IMG/VR virus record: IMGVR_UViG_3300022177_000047
Coordinates: 1 to 32,680 of that record
DNA: 32,680 bases
Source: a virus
Lineage: Duplodnaviria > Caudoviricetes
Strand: one strand, 5' to 3'
Each line of letters opens with the position of its first letter. Position 1 is the stretch's first letter. Under the pieces are notes generated by a model that did not search any database, had not been told where the DNA came from, and was given only the letters and a program-made list of their open reading frames with translations. This document shows, piece by piece, positions 8,285-17,413 of the stretch. The translations under genes were made by a program, and so were the position numbers.

Positions 8285-9244
8285 TCACTCCTTTGCATCC
8301 ATAGTATTAACAAAATTAAGCGTGAGCTGCATAGTGTGTTGTCCGTCTTGGAATGTGTGACTGTCCGAGTCAATCCAGAAAAGGCCTGTAAGCCCTGTAT
8401 ATGCTTCCTTGACCCTCACTCCATATCCTGCAATACAGTTTACATCTCCAAGGCATTGCAGGCTTGCTTTTCGCTCCACGCCTTTTATTGAATTTTTGGC
8501 AGCAGCCACAGGATCCTTGCCTTGTTCCTTTTGCATTACATCCTGAATCATTCCATATGGCTTTATCAAACTGTCGTCAGAGTAATACTTCAGAGTATTT
8601 CCGTTTTCATCGGTAATTTGAAACTGATTGACCATGCTCTCTATGGTTTCACTATAGTTTGAATCCATAATATTTACTGTTGAATCAAGGGTTACATCAA
8701 CAATGTTTTTCCCTTTCTCCATAACGTTAAGCTTACCCTGCTGCATTATCGCAAAGTAAGCTTTTCCGTTCTTCCAAGCTGCTCTTGTATAGGTGCTCAT
8801 TATAATGTCATATCCTGTTATCGCAGATGCTATAAAATCAACAGGCACCCCGGTGCTCGCCAGACTTCCGGGCGTAATCCCCAGCATTGAACACACCTGT
8901 TGTGTTATTTTTTCTGGCGTCATCTTCTTGAAATTCCTGGACATCTTTGATTTAGTCAGGTATATGAGATTGTCATAGGCAGTGACTTTCATTTCACTGC
9001 CATGATATGATTTTTCCTTGAAGAACACAGTCCCTCTGAAAAGCTCTTTTCCGCTATTATCATAAAGCCTTAACTTGTTTCCAAGCCCTATGTATACCTT
9101 AGGGATATACGGGGCGGTAGGGCTTACTACTACACCGAATTCTAGCTTTCTTGCGACCTGGTTGATATCACCGCTCCATGTCATTGATGTAATGAGCTGC
9201 GTAATGTCATATTCTCCGATTTGGCTTATCAGTATTAGCTTCAT
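8285..9244 (-). CDS. Baseplate hub (XkdQ-like)
   Basis: TWSGDINQVARKLEF, TAYDNLIYL, GLTGLFWIDSDSHTF...HTMQLTL. Confidence 0.92.
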   Translation of the reverse strand: MKLILISQIGEYDITQLITSMTWSGDINQVARKLEFGVVVSPTAPYIPKVYIGLGNKLRLYDNSGKELFRGTVFFKEKSYHGSEMKVTAYDNLIYLTKSKMSRNFKKMTPEKITQQVCSMLGITPGSLASTGVPVDFIASAITGYDIIMSTYTRAAWKNGKAYFAIMQQGKLNVMEKGKNIVDVTLDSTVNIMDSNYSETIESMVNQFQITDENGNTLKYYSDDSLIKPYGMIQDVMQKEQGKDPVAAAKNSIKGVERKASLQCLGDVNCIAGYGVRVKEAYTGLTGLFWIDSDSHTFQDGQHTMQLTLNFVNTMDAKE

Positions 9245-9871
9245 CTAAGGTATCACCAACTTCTGGCCAATCATAAGCTTGGCCGGGTCCTTAATGCCAT
9301 TCTTATCGGCTATCTGCTTCCACTTTGAGCTGTCGCCGTATACTTTCTTGGATATTCCAATCAGCGTATCACCTTTCTTTACGGTATGTTCAGTCACCTT
9401 CTCCTTTTCAGAAGGTCTTTCCTGGCTTGCTGATATTATTCCAGTGTTGCCTTCCTTGTTGCTGGCCACATTTAGAAATCTGTATTCCTTGAGCTCAAGC
9501 GTGTAGTAGACATCGCCTGTGCCATCCTTCTCGCCGTATGAAAAGCTTTCTATTGCCATTGCATGGTTTATGTCAGTTCCGACTATGATAAGCCGTATGG
9601 GCTTTTTATTGTCACGCCATCGTTTGATTATGTCCGCGCATTCATATGGTTTCGGAAAGTTGCTGGATTTGACAAAGCTGTATTTCCTCGCAGGGAAAAA
9701 TGATGATAGCGCTATGCTATCAAGACGTCTGTTGCCAATAAGGTTGATTTCTCCAACCTCGTTGATGTCAACAGTCGTATTCTTGCTGCCGGTGCTTATT
9801 TCAAAACTTTGTGGGTTTACCGGAAGCCTCAGCTTCTCAGCTCCATTGTTTTGGGACAACCAAAATTCCAC
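9245..9871 (-). CDS. Tail tube initiator with LysM domain (XkdP-like)
   Basis: LRLPVNP, LSSFFP, GDVYYTLELKEYR; LysM HTVKKGDTLIGISKKVYGDSSKWKQIADKN. Confidence 0.93.
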   Translation of the reverse strand: MEFWLSQNNGAEKLRLPVNPQSFEISTGSKNTTVDINEVGEINLIGNRRLDSIALSSFFPARKYSFVKSSNFPKPYECADIIKRWRDNKKPIRLIIVGTDINHAMAIESFSYGEKDGTGDVYYTLELKEYRFLNVASNKEGNTGIISASQERPSEKEKVTEHTVKKGDTLIGISKKVYGDSSKWKQIADKNGIKDPAKLMIGQKLVIP

Positions 9872-9882
9872 GCTATCACCTC

Positions 9883-11799
9883 CTACACTGCATTGAAGCA
9901 GGCTTTTTCAAATTCTCTTATCACTTCATTTGCAAACTTTTTAATGTCGGCCTCTTCTCGTATAACGATAGTATCTGCAATTTTAGCTATAGTCAGGTTG
10001 ATTTTGTTTTGCATAGATTTGCTGCTTTGAGATTGCGCTGGTGCAGGAGTGTATCCATTTGCAAAGCGCATGCTTTCTTTTGTGGGTAGTATTCGAGCTC
10101 CCCTTGGTATTTCAAGAAGCTCTGGGCCTTGCTCACCAACCCACGAAAGACCGCCTTTGAAATAGTTGCTGCCTTTGGCATTTCTCTCAACACTTCTTGT
10201 ACTTTTCACCTTTGAAGTGCCGGAGCTCCCTTTACCTTTGCCTGAGAACTTATCGCTCAGCCACTCAGCTCCATCCGCAAGCTTGCCTACACCCCAGGCG
10301 ACGCCTTCGAGCATTTCAGTGAACACATCAAGTATTGGTTTTATTACCTTCCAGGCAGTTTTGATTATTCCGGACACCAGGGGAAAGGACGTTTTTGCGA
10401 CATTATAAAGGAGCCTAAATCCGCCTGCAAGAATATCCATGTAAGGCCTTGCAACTTTAGCTCCTGTAGATATTGCAATCTTTATTCCGTTCCAGCTTGT
10501 CCCAAGAATATTTTTAAGCGTGCCGCTTTCACCTTTGAGCCATCCGAATTTTGCGCCTATCCACGATATGGCGTCAGTGGCTACCCTCTTGGCTGTAGGC
10601 ATGTTCCCCTGTATCCACCCGCCAAACATACCAAGGTATTTGGATGCTACGCCTATTCCGTTGGCAACACCTACGCCCATTTTCTGCATTGTCGGGCTGA
10701 AGCTGTCTATTAGCCCAATAGCATCTTTCATTGCAGGTTTAAGTTTCTCGAGCATTGCAAGCCCTGTATCAGACATGTTTGATTTGAGTTTCCCGCTTAT
10801 AGTGCTCATGAGGCCGGCGCCTGAGTCAGCAAGCTTTGCAGAACCGCCTTCAAACTGCGACTTAAGCGATTTATTTACTAGGCCTTCGAATCCCCCCATC
10901 TTGTCGGCATCTTCTTTGCTGACCTTGACGTTGAATTCCTTAAGTCTCTCATACTCGCCATTCTTAGCATCAGCTAAAGCTTCCATTGCGTCCTGGACTG
11001 TCTTGCCCGGGTTAAGCGCGGCCATGTCCTCTGCAACATTGACAAGATCCATAGCCTTTTTAGTATCGCCTTGGGTAAGTCCCACAGCTCTTGTACCTGC
11101 CTGGATTACCTCACCTGTTTCAAAAGGTGTAGCATTCGCATTTTCTCGCAGATTCTTGAGAAACTTGTCTGCAGACTTCTTATTATCTTCTTTTGATTTA
11201 TCCTTATTGTTCACATCAATAAAGTGCTGCATTGATATTTGCTGTTGTTCCAATTCCATGCCTGCTTTGAGAGCTACGGCCCCACCAGCAAGCGCAGCAC
11301 CTCCAGCGATTGAAACTCCTATAGCAACCGGGTGGCTAGCAAGATTTCCTAGAGACTTTTTTATTTTGCCTATTTGCTTTGATGCTTCATCTTTTATCCT
11401 AATGATTGGACTGGCCACAGTTTTAAGGCCATTGAAAACATGTTTTGTAGCCACTCCAGCAATTCTAACAGGTATTGGCACAGTCTTTTTAGCGAAATAT
11501 TTGGTTGTGTTTATTATGCTTTTTATTCTTTTTGTAGCTAGATCTTTGTGCGCAATAGCAACAACCACTTTTTTTCTTAACGGTTGCAAATTAGTTGAAA
11601 TTTGCTTTATTGATTTCATTGCCGAAGAATTATTAACCCTCATATTTAACTTTCGATTATATGTTTTTTCAAGGGCTTTCCTTGTATCAAAGACTTCTTT
11701 TTTGAAGCTCTTATTTTCATTTTTTATGCCCCTGATAATCCCAGACATTTCGTCTTTAATCGAAATAATACCCGCTATCTTCTTATCTTGCTTAGCCAA
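9883..11799 (-). CDS. Tape measure protein
   Basis: ANATPFETGEVI, helical/amphipathic middle, C-terminal NAKGSNYFKGGLSWVGEQGPELL; TTG start with SD AAAGGAGG. Confidence 0.92.
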   Translation of the reverse strand: MAKQDKKIAGIISIKDEMSGIIRGIKNENKSFKKEVFDTRKALEKTYNRKLNMRVNNSSAMKSIKQISTNLQPLRKKVVVAIAHKDLATKRIKSIINTTKYFAKKTVPIPVRIAGVATKHVFNGLKTVASPIIRIKDEASKQIGKIKKSLGNLASHPVAIGVSIAGGAALAGGAVALKAGMELEQQQISMQHFIDVNNKDKSKEDNKKSADKFLKNLRENANATPFETGEVIQAGTRAVGLTQGDTKKAMDLVNVAEDMAALNPGKTVQDAMEALADAKNGEYERLKEFNVKVSKEDADKMGGFEGLVNKSLKSQFEGGSAKLADSGAGLMSTISGKLKSNMSDTGLAMLEKLKPAMKDAIGLIDSFSPTMQKMGVGVANGIGVASKYLGMFGGWIQGNMPTAKRVATDAISWIGAKFGWLKGESGTLKNILGTSWNGIKIAISTGAKVARPYMDILAGGFRLLYNVAKTSFPLVSGIIKTAWKVIKPILDVFTEMLEGVAWGVGKLADGAEWLSDKFSGKGKGSSGTSKVKSTRSVERNAKGSNYFKGGLSWVGEQGPELLEIPRGARILPTKESMRFANGYTPAPAQSQSSKSMQNKINLTIAKIADTIVIREEADIKKFANEVIREFEKACFNAV

Positions 11800-11944
11800 C
11801 TCTGTTCCTCCTTTCTATCTCAAGATCCATGCTGGCATAAAAAAATGCCCTTTCACTTGCAGGTCTTCCAAGGATTTGCTCTGGCAATATCCCCTTTTGA
11901 AGATAGAAATGGAGAGCATGCAGCTCCCCATCTCTTTTAATTAG
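11792..11944 (-). CDS. -1 frameshift extension of tail assembly chaperone (G-T product)
   Basis: After slippery A AAA AAC the -1 frame reads LIKRDGELHALHFYLQKGILPEQILGRPASERAFFYASMDLEIERRNRVG* and ends overlapping the TMP start. Confidence 0.8.
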   Translation of the reverse strand, partial: LIKRDGELHALHFYLQKGILPEQILGRPASERAFFYASMDLEIERRNRVG

Positions 11945-12327
11945 TTTTTTACTTCTTCCACCACATCTTGAATGCTGTCTTTACCATATCCAGATAGCTT
12001 AACTATCTCACCTGACAAAGAATCTGCTTCCCCGGGAAGAAATATTGCATCTACAATGTCTACCGGGTTCTTGACTCCATACGCTTCATGCAGTTGAGGG
12101 TCTTTTAAATTAGGCTCTGTAACTCCCTCATATACAATATATGCGTTACCTTCGCCATTCTCCATCTCAGTGCAGTCATTTATGAATGACCTATCGAGAA
12201 TCTTGATTGTCACCGTTCCATCAAGAGACTGTATATACTTTTCAGCGGTCTTCTCTTTTGCCTCTTTGATTTGAGTCTTCTTTGATATTAGCTCACCAAG
12301 TGTCAGTTTTTTATTATTCATAATCAT
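11941..12327 (-). CDS. Tail assembly chaperone (XkdN-like)
   Basis: VTEPNLKDPQLHEAYGVKNP.DIV..IFLPGE...LSGY...EEVKN. Confidence 0.92.
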   Translation of the reverse strand: MIMNNKKLTLGELISKKTQIKEAKEKTAEKYIQSLDGTVTIKILDRSFINDCTEMENGEGNAYIVYEGVTEPNLKDPQLHEAYGVKNPVDIVDAIFLPGEADSLSGEIVKLSGYGKDSIQDVVEEVKN

Positions 12328-12335
12328 CCCTCCAA

Positions 12336-12776
12336 TTATTTAATTTCACTCATCATTTCAACATCGCTGAATGTGCAGCCAAACGACCATTCCTCATTCA
12401 TTACTTGCTTGCTTTCGAACACAGCTATAGGAAAATCATTGAACCATACATTGCCTATGCTCCAGCTTTCTTCCTGCTTTCCTACTGCATCTGGGTCGTC
12501 AACTTTTACAAAGAGATCAAATCTGATGTCTTCGCCTTTTTTCCAAGTATCAACAATATCCTTCTTGTATCTTGAAAATATTTTCTTGAACTCTAATGAA
12601 CCCTCGCACTTTATGGCAGTCAGTTTTGAATCGATGTCCATTCCTATCACGACATCCTCTCTTTCGCCGCTGGCCTTAAGGTCGAACTTGTTTAGTTCGG
12701 CAATCAGGTTTTTATTCCACCACAGCTTTCCGTGGCTGCCGGATAACTGATTTCTTCCTCTAAATGCTGTCGCCAT
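12336..12776 (-). CDS. Tail tube protein (XkdM-like)
   Basis: LSGSHGKLW, KVDDPDAVG, EEWSFGCTF; follows sheath. Confidence 0.92.
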   Translation of the reverse strand: MATAFRGRNQLSGSHGKLWWNKNLIAELNKFDLKASGEREDVVIGMDIDSKLTAIKCEGSLEFKKIFSRYKKDIVDTWKKGEDIRFDLFVKVDDPDAVGKQEESWSIGNVWFNDFPIAVFESKQVMNEEWSFGCTFSDVEMMSEIK

Positions 12777-12788
12777 CTATATCGCCTC

Positions 12789-13853
12789 CTATATTACAAG
12801 CATCGAGAAGTCTAGGTCTTCCATCGCGTCAAGTGGACTTGCGCTTGACTTGATGAATACCTTGCTTCCAGTATTGTACTTGAGTATTTCCTGCTCGCTC
12901 ATATTGCTTGTGTCTACACCCAATGACATCAGGTAAAGCTTTTGGGATTCAAAATCTATTTCCGCTGTAATCGGGAAATCAGAATCAAGCACTTCCTCTC
13001 TCTGCAGCGTCTTTAGGTAGGCCAGAACAGATGAAACGAACATCTGCTTATTGGTGTATTTGTTATTTACCTTACCAACATACTCATCATTGAAAGTGAT
13101 TCTTATATCGTCTCTCATGAGGTCGATAGCCTCTACTATTCTAATTTTCTTGAACTTTGCAGATTTTGTAGGACTTGTTGTTGTAAGCGAGTTGACGCCT
13201 CTTCCTATCTTGATTTTCTCGGTGTCATTGATTAGTATAAGCTCTCCGGCGTCGATGTCTGCATCCGGATCAGCATGTTCTGTTATGCTTTCAACTTCAT
13301 CTAGCACGTAGTATGTTGCACTTTGTGTAAATGGTAAACCCGCAAGGATACCCGCTATTCTGCAGCAATATTCTGCTGTTGTATATGTCTTGCTGCCAAC
13401 CTTGATATCATCAGTCGTAAAGTTGACTATACCTTCGCTGTCTGAAGCCATGTTTGGAAGCACGGCCTTGAAGCTCTTGTTATAAGTTGTTCTTTGAGTT
13501 TTTATCCATGTAGCTATAGCTGCTGCCTCACCATCTTGAAGCTGTGGTATGACAAGATAGTTCCAAGCCTTATTCTTTAGCTTTGCCAGACCCTCATTGT
13601 AGTCTAATGCGTCAGTTGCTACCTTTTGCACTATGACCTTGTAAGGCGTTCCGAGAAAAGTTTTCTCGATGTAGTCCTTTACGCCAGCAGTCCAGTCCTG
13701 GGCATTTATTTCAGATATGTCTTTATACACTATGCTATCTATCAATGCATTTGTGCTGTCTTTTACAATCAATGCGACTATACCGCGTTCGCTTCTTTTT
13801 ACTGCCGTTGCCGCAAGTGTTTGAAACGCAATGTTAATTACCGGCAATCCCAT
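12789..13853 (-). CDS. Contractile tail sheath protein (XkdK-like)
   Basis: MGLPVINIAF...KRSERGIVALI, KIGRGVNSLTT, FKKIRIVEAIDL, LDAMEDL. Confidence 0.95.
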   Translation of the reverse strand: MGLPVINIAFQTLAATAVKRSERGIVALIVKDSTNALIDSIVYKDISEINAQDWTAGVKDYIEKTFLGTPYKVIVQKVATDALDYNEGLAKLKNKAWNYLVIPQLQDGEAAAIATWIKTQRTTYNKSFKAVLPNMASDSEGIVNFTTDDIKVGSKTYTTAEYCCRIAGILAGLPFTQSATYYVLDEVESITEHADPDADIDAGELILINDTEKIKIGRGVNSLTTTSPTKSAKFKKIRIVEAIDLMRDDIRITFNDEYVGKVNNKYTNKQMFVSSVLAYLKTLQREEVLDSDFPITAEIDFESQKLYLMSLGVDTSNMSEQEILKYNTGSKVFIKSSASPLDAMEDLDFSMLVI

Positions 13854-14281
13854 TATATTACCTCCTCGTTGATATTAAGTTCTTCCATGTATTCGCTTGG
13901 CTCATCTGTATAGACTGAATCGCAAAGTCTATAGTAAATTTTGACCTGCAGCACTTCGTCAATGATTTCAACCTCGATGTCGTCAGCTGTCAATGTCCTG
14001 TCTTCTGCTTCAAGTGGCTTTTCAAACAACTCTGTCAAGGTATCGCCCATTTCAAGACAGTCTATGTTTGTATAACTTTCAGGGAAGTAGTGGATGTTAA
14101 CGTAGAAATTTCTTACTAGGATGTATTCGCTATCCCGCTTTGAACCATACGGTATAAGCTGCACAAAAAAGGCGGGTCGTTTGAAACCCTCTCTTACCTC
14201 TTGGGCTACAACATCCACTCCCGCCACATTGGCTTTCAACCTATCAACTATAGCTTTCTTAAGGCTAGTTGTTTTCATCAT
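13853..14281 (-). CDS. Tail terminator / completion protein
   Basis: EVREGFKRPAFFVQL, VNIHYFP, EYMEEL; synteny. Confidence 0.8.
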   Translation of the reverse strand: MMKTTSLKKAIVDRLKANVAGVDVVAQEVREGFKRPAFFVQLIPYGSKRDSEYILVRNFYVNIHYFPESYTNIDCLEMGDTLTELFEKPLEAEDRTLTADDIEVEIIDEVLQVKIYYRLCDSVYTDEPSEYMEELNINEEVI

Positions 14282-14703
14282 AGCAGCATCTCTCCCATTA
14301 TCCTGTCCAACATTCCTCTAAGATGCTTAGGAAGTTCCTCTTCTAACTCCTTGACGGATATCTCAAGCATGTGAATCCCTTCTATGAAGCCACCATCTTT
14401 TGTCATATGTCCGTTTTCAATCAAGTGGGCATGAGGAGCCATATTTTTAAGTTCTATAAAAAACTCATTGCCCTTTCTTTTAACCTTGCCAAGTCTCCAT
14501 CTGTTTTTCAATCGTTTGGATGCAGCCTTTTTCTTCTTTCCGACAGGTGTTCTTCCTTTAGCTTTGGCCATGAGTTTTTCACCAATACGCTGCAACTCTT
14601 TTTCGAGTTCTTGGGGCGCCTTCTTTTTTACAGCTTTCAGGATACTTTTTTCAAACTCGTCAAGCCCATCGATTCTAAACTCCGTCGTAGCCATTATCTT
14701 CAT
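14278..14703 (-). CDS. HK97 gp10-family neck protein (start may be ATG 14694)
   Basis: AKGRTPVG...RLKNRW, NMAPHAHLIENGH, GIHMLE. Confidence 0.88.
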   Translation of the reverse strand: MKIMATTEFRIDGLDEFEKSILKAVKKKAPQELEKELQRIGEKLMAKAKGRTPVGKKKKAASKRLKNRWRLGKVKRKGNEFFIELKNMAPHAHLIENGHMTKDGGFIEGIHMLEISVKELEEELPKHLRGMLDRIMGEMLL

Positions 14704-15016
14704 CCCTTTCCATGCAGAATATTATCAACGTCTTGTTGAGCTCTCCATTATTTATCAGAGCTATAATGTCAAATATCCTGCCGTTATAAAGAATCCGGTT
14801 GGCCGGTGTGATCCCTGTTCTATATCTTATAAGCACCTTATGGCTTACCTCTGTTTCACTCTTCCCCAGCCTTTCCCTGTCTCTTCCGGATACCGGCTCT
14901 ATCTTGGCCCAAACCGAATAGTCATCCTGATATCCTAAAATCTGTTCCCCTATAGAGTTTTCAACTGGACCATACTTTTGAATCGTTATTCTATGCCTTA
15001 GTATTCCAGGATTCAT
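14675..15016 (-). CDS. Head closure / head-tail adaptor (SPP1 gp16-like)
   Basis: MNPGILRHRITIQ, VWAKIEPVSGRD, IRYRTGIT..NRILYNGRIFDI. Confidence 0.92.
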   Translation of the reverse strand: MNPGILRHRITIQKYGPVENSIGEQILGYQDDYSVWAKIEPVSGRDRERLGKSETEVSHKVLIRYRTGITPANRILYNGRIFDIIALINNGELNKTLIIFCMERDEDNGYDGV

Positions 15017-15291
15017 ATGGTATCACCTCCAGAATACTTAAGCTGAATGATTATATTACTTAGTGAAAACTCCATATTTTTAGATATGCTGCCGACAACA
15101 ACAGCATTCCTATTTTCGTACCAATGGGAAATCAGGAGCTTGATAGCAATTTTAAAAAGATTCTTGGTGTAATCTTTTATAACGCCCGCATTTACCAGAT
15201 ATTCTTCAGCTGCCCCCTGAAGCCCCAAGAGCAAATCGTCTTCATCATTCCCATCAACCTTAAGATATTTTTTGATTTCTTCAAGCTCCAT
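15013..15291 (-). CDS. Head-tail connector (HK97 gp6-like)
   Basis: LEEIKKYLKVDGNDEDDLL, AIKLLISHWYENR. Confidence 0.93.
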   Translation of the reverse strand: MELEEIKKYLKVDGNDEDDLLLGLQGAAEEYLVNAGVIKDYTKNLFKIAIKLLISHWYENRNAVVVGSISKNMEFSLSNIIIQLKYSGGDTI

Positions 15292-15307
15292 TTAATCACC
15301 TCAAACT

Positions 15308-15335
15308 AAAGAGAGAAGAAGCTAAGCTTCTTCTC
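15308..15335 (-). terminator. Terminator/attenuator after capsid gene and its extension
   Basis: GAGAAGAAGC-TTA-GCTTCTTCTC followed by TCTTT. Confidence 0.7.
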
Positions 15336-15337
15336 CA

Positions 15338-15598
15338 TTAAGAAATCACATATGTTTCTGTCAGTATTGCACTGCTATCATAGTTAAACTTGAAAGCTTT
15401 AGCTTTAAGTACGGTTGTAGCCATTGCTGGAATAGTAATTGCTGACTCGTACAGCGTGCTTTCAGCTGTTGGTTCTGTTCCGTCAGTCGTATATCTTATT
15501 TCGGCATCCGTAGTTTCACAGGCTAGCGTTACACTTTGCTCAGAAGCAAAGGAGCCACCAGCCGGTGAGGCTGACGGTGTTGCTACAGTGCCTAAGCT
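15338..15598 (-). CDS. -1 frameshift extension of major capsid protein: Fn3-associated/chitobiase-C-type Ig-like domain, 86 aa
   Basis: SLGTVATPSASPAGGSFASEQSVTLACETTDAEIRYTTDGTEPTAESTLYESAITIPAMATTVLKAKAFKFNYDSSAILTETYVIS*; no own start or SD; slippery A AAA AAA at 15604-15598. Confidence 0.82.
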   Translation of the reverse strand, partial: SLGTVATPSASPAGGSFASEQSVTLACETTDAEIRYTTDGTEPTAESTLYESAITIPAMATTVLKAKAFKFNYDSSAILTETYVIS

Positions 15599-16809
15599 TT
15601 TTTTGCTAATGTGACCAGCGAATTTTTATCGACTACTTTGCCATCTACAGACATAACTGCCTTTGTGAGCATGTCCTCTGTATCCCAATCCTGCTTTCTT
15701 TGCACGCCCATGTCATATATCGTATTAAGTGCATAGTCAGAGAATTTGAATAGGAAAGCGAATATTTTACCAACTTCAAGCGTAGCGCTGAAGCTGTCCA
15801 TATAGTCACCACAAAGCACAACCGTTCTTCCTAAAAGAGTCCTTTCAGGTGCTCCTCCTATTCCATAGTTAACTCTGGCAATCGGCTGTTTTTGACTGTC
15901 CACCATTCCTATGAATCCCATGAATGTCTTCTTTGTCATACACCAAACAGCTCCGTTTTCGTAGGCTTGTGGAAGTGCTGCTTCTGCAGCTACCAAATCA
16001 GCGTAGCTAAGAGCATTTGATTCAAGTGCTTGTCCTGTAGGTGGAGTTTCTGCGAGTATTCCTCTTGGCGAAGCAGTTCCGTCTGCAGTAGATATTATTT
16101 TTCCCTCAATGGCTTTAACCATAGCCTCTGTCACCTGACGTATAAATGCTGCTTCAAACGCTGATAGCGCCAATACAGAAGCTTCCATAGACATTGATAT
16201 TTCACATCTAAGCTTGAAGTTAGTGAATGTAATCTTGCTTGTTGTCTTTTTCTGCCTTTCTGAACTTGCACCTTCTGAAACCCAAGTAGCAACTGGCTTG
16301 ACACTTGAAGTCGGTATGCTTATTCCGGCAGCAAATGAAGTTCTTGTTATCAGCGGCAAAATCATTCCTGTACTTTCAAGATTTTCGACTATCCTATTAA
16401 CTACCACTTCTGGAATAACACTTGTGATATCGCTTGTCACTGTGCTTTGGTCAGTTCTAAGTTCTGTGGGTATAGGTGTCCCTTTAGTCACAAATTGCTG
16501 GAACGCCCTTCTGTATTCCATGCCCTCATCGCCTGCTTTGCGCTTTTCATGTTTTGATGAAGATGATACCATACCTGGTATTTCTCCATTTACAGCAGCC
16601 GTTCTTTCTGCCGGATTGTTATTGTCATCGCCATCATCTGGAGCTGCATCAATCATCTCCTGAAGGCTTCTTATTTCAGTATTCAACTCATCCAATTCTT
16701 TATTGAGATTTCTTAGTTCTACAACATCATTTGATACATCTGCCTGATTGCTTATTGCTGCTTTACGTTCGTTCTTGGCTGCTAGAAGGTTCATTAGTTT
16801 CTTTTTCAT
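15592..16809 (-). CDS. Major capsid protein, HK97 fold
   Basis: N-terminal coiled-coil delta domain, EYRRAF, VATWVSEG, TLLGRTVV, VDGKVVD. Confidence 0.95.
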   Translation of the reverse strand: MKKKLMNLLAAKNERKAAISNQADVSNDVVELRNLNKELDELNTEIRSLQEMIDAAPDDGDDNNNPAERTAAVNGEIPGMVSSSSKHEKRKAGDEGMEYRRAFQQFVTKGTPIPTELRTDQSTVTSDITSVIPEVVVNRIVENLESTGMILPLITRTSFAAGISIPTSSVKPVATWVSEGASSERQKKTTSKITFTNFKLRCEISMSMEASVLALSAFEAAFIRQVTEAMVKAIEGKIISTADGTASPRGILAETPPTGQALESNALSYADLVAAEAALPQAYENGAVWCMTKKTFMGFIGMVDSQKQPIARVNYGIGGAPERTLLGRTVVLCGDYMDSFSATLEVGKIFAFLFKFSDYALNTIYDMGVQRKQDWDTEDMLTKAVMSVDGKVVDKNSLVTLAKKA

Positions 16810-16810
16810 A

Positions 16811-17413
16811 TTACATCTCTCCTTTAATTTTAGCTTTTAGTTTCAGTAGTTCAAGCTCGTGCAAACTATCCAGCCGTCTCTCTTCGCTGTCCAGCAACTC
16901 AAGACTACGAGCATATATAGATGTACTGTCGTAAAACGGAGTATCCACTACGCTCACATCGTACAATCTTGCTATATTAGTCACATCCCTGGTGGTCTCA
17001 CTTTCTCCAAATGTCCATGAATCCCCGCCGTCTGCAACGGTAAATGCAAAAGACATCTTGTCAATTAATCCTTCCTGAATTCCTTTGTATAAATCTCTAT
17101 TGCTCTGTGTATCGAGAAGATCTGCTTCTATTTTCAATCCGACATCGTCTTTAATAAGCCGCAGTGACTTATTGCGAGTTCTGGCCATAATCATCACATT
17201 GTCATTATGGTTATATCTCATCGGCACATCCTTCATGTCTGTATAATCCAGAGCCCCTCGCTTGATAGTTTCAGTGAATTTCCTTTTGCCATATTGATGC
17301 GTGGCCGGTTTGTCGAAAGTGATGGCATAGCCTTCCACAAGCATTCGGTCCTCAGTATTCTCTACAGCTCTTATTTCAATAAGCCGACGTTCACAATCAT
17401 TATTCTTGCTCAT
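16811..17413 (-). CDS. Prohead protease (HK97 family)
   Basis: VEGYAITFD, RYNHND, KMSFAF, LYDVSVVDTPFYDST. Confidence 0.95.
   Translation of the reverse strand: MSKNNDCERRLIEIRAVENTEDRMLVEGYAITFDKPATHQYGKRKFTETIKRGALDYTDMKDVPMRYNHNDNVMIMARTRNKSLRLIKDDVGLKIEADLLDTQSNRDLYKGIQEGLIDKMSFAFTVADGGDSWTFGESETTRDVTNIARLYDVSVVDTPFYDSTSIYARSLELLDSEERRLDSLHELELLKLKAKIKGEM

Noticed and set aside
10520-11944. 474-aa plus-strand ORF
   Set aside because: Antisense shadow of the tape measure gene; S/P/I/F-rich, no motif or SD. The same applies to the many other plus-strand ORFs over structural genes.
4485-13853. Stand-alone tailocin or contractile injection system
   Set aside because: Complete head, portal, terminase and replication genes are contiguous, so this is a myophage.
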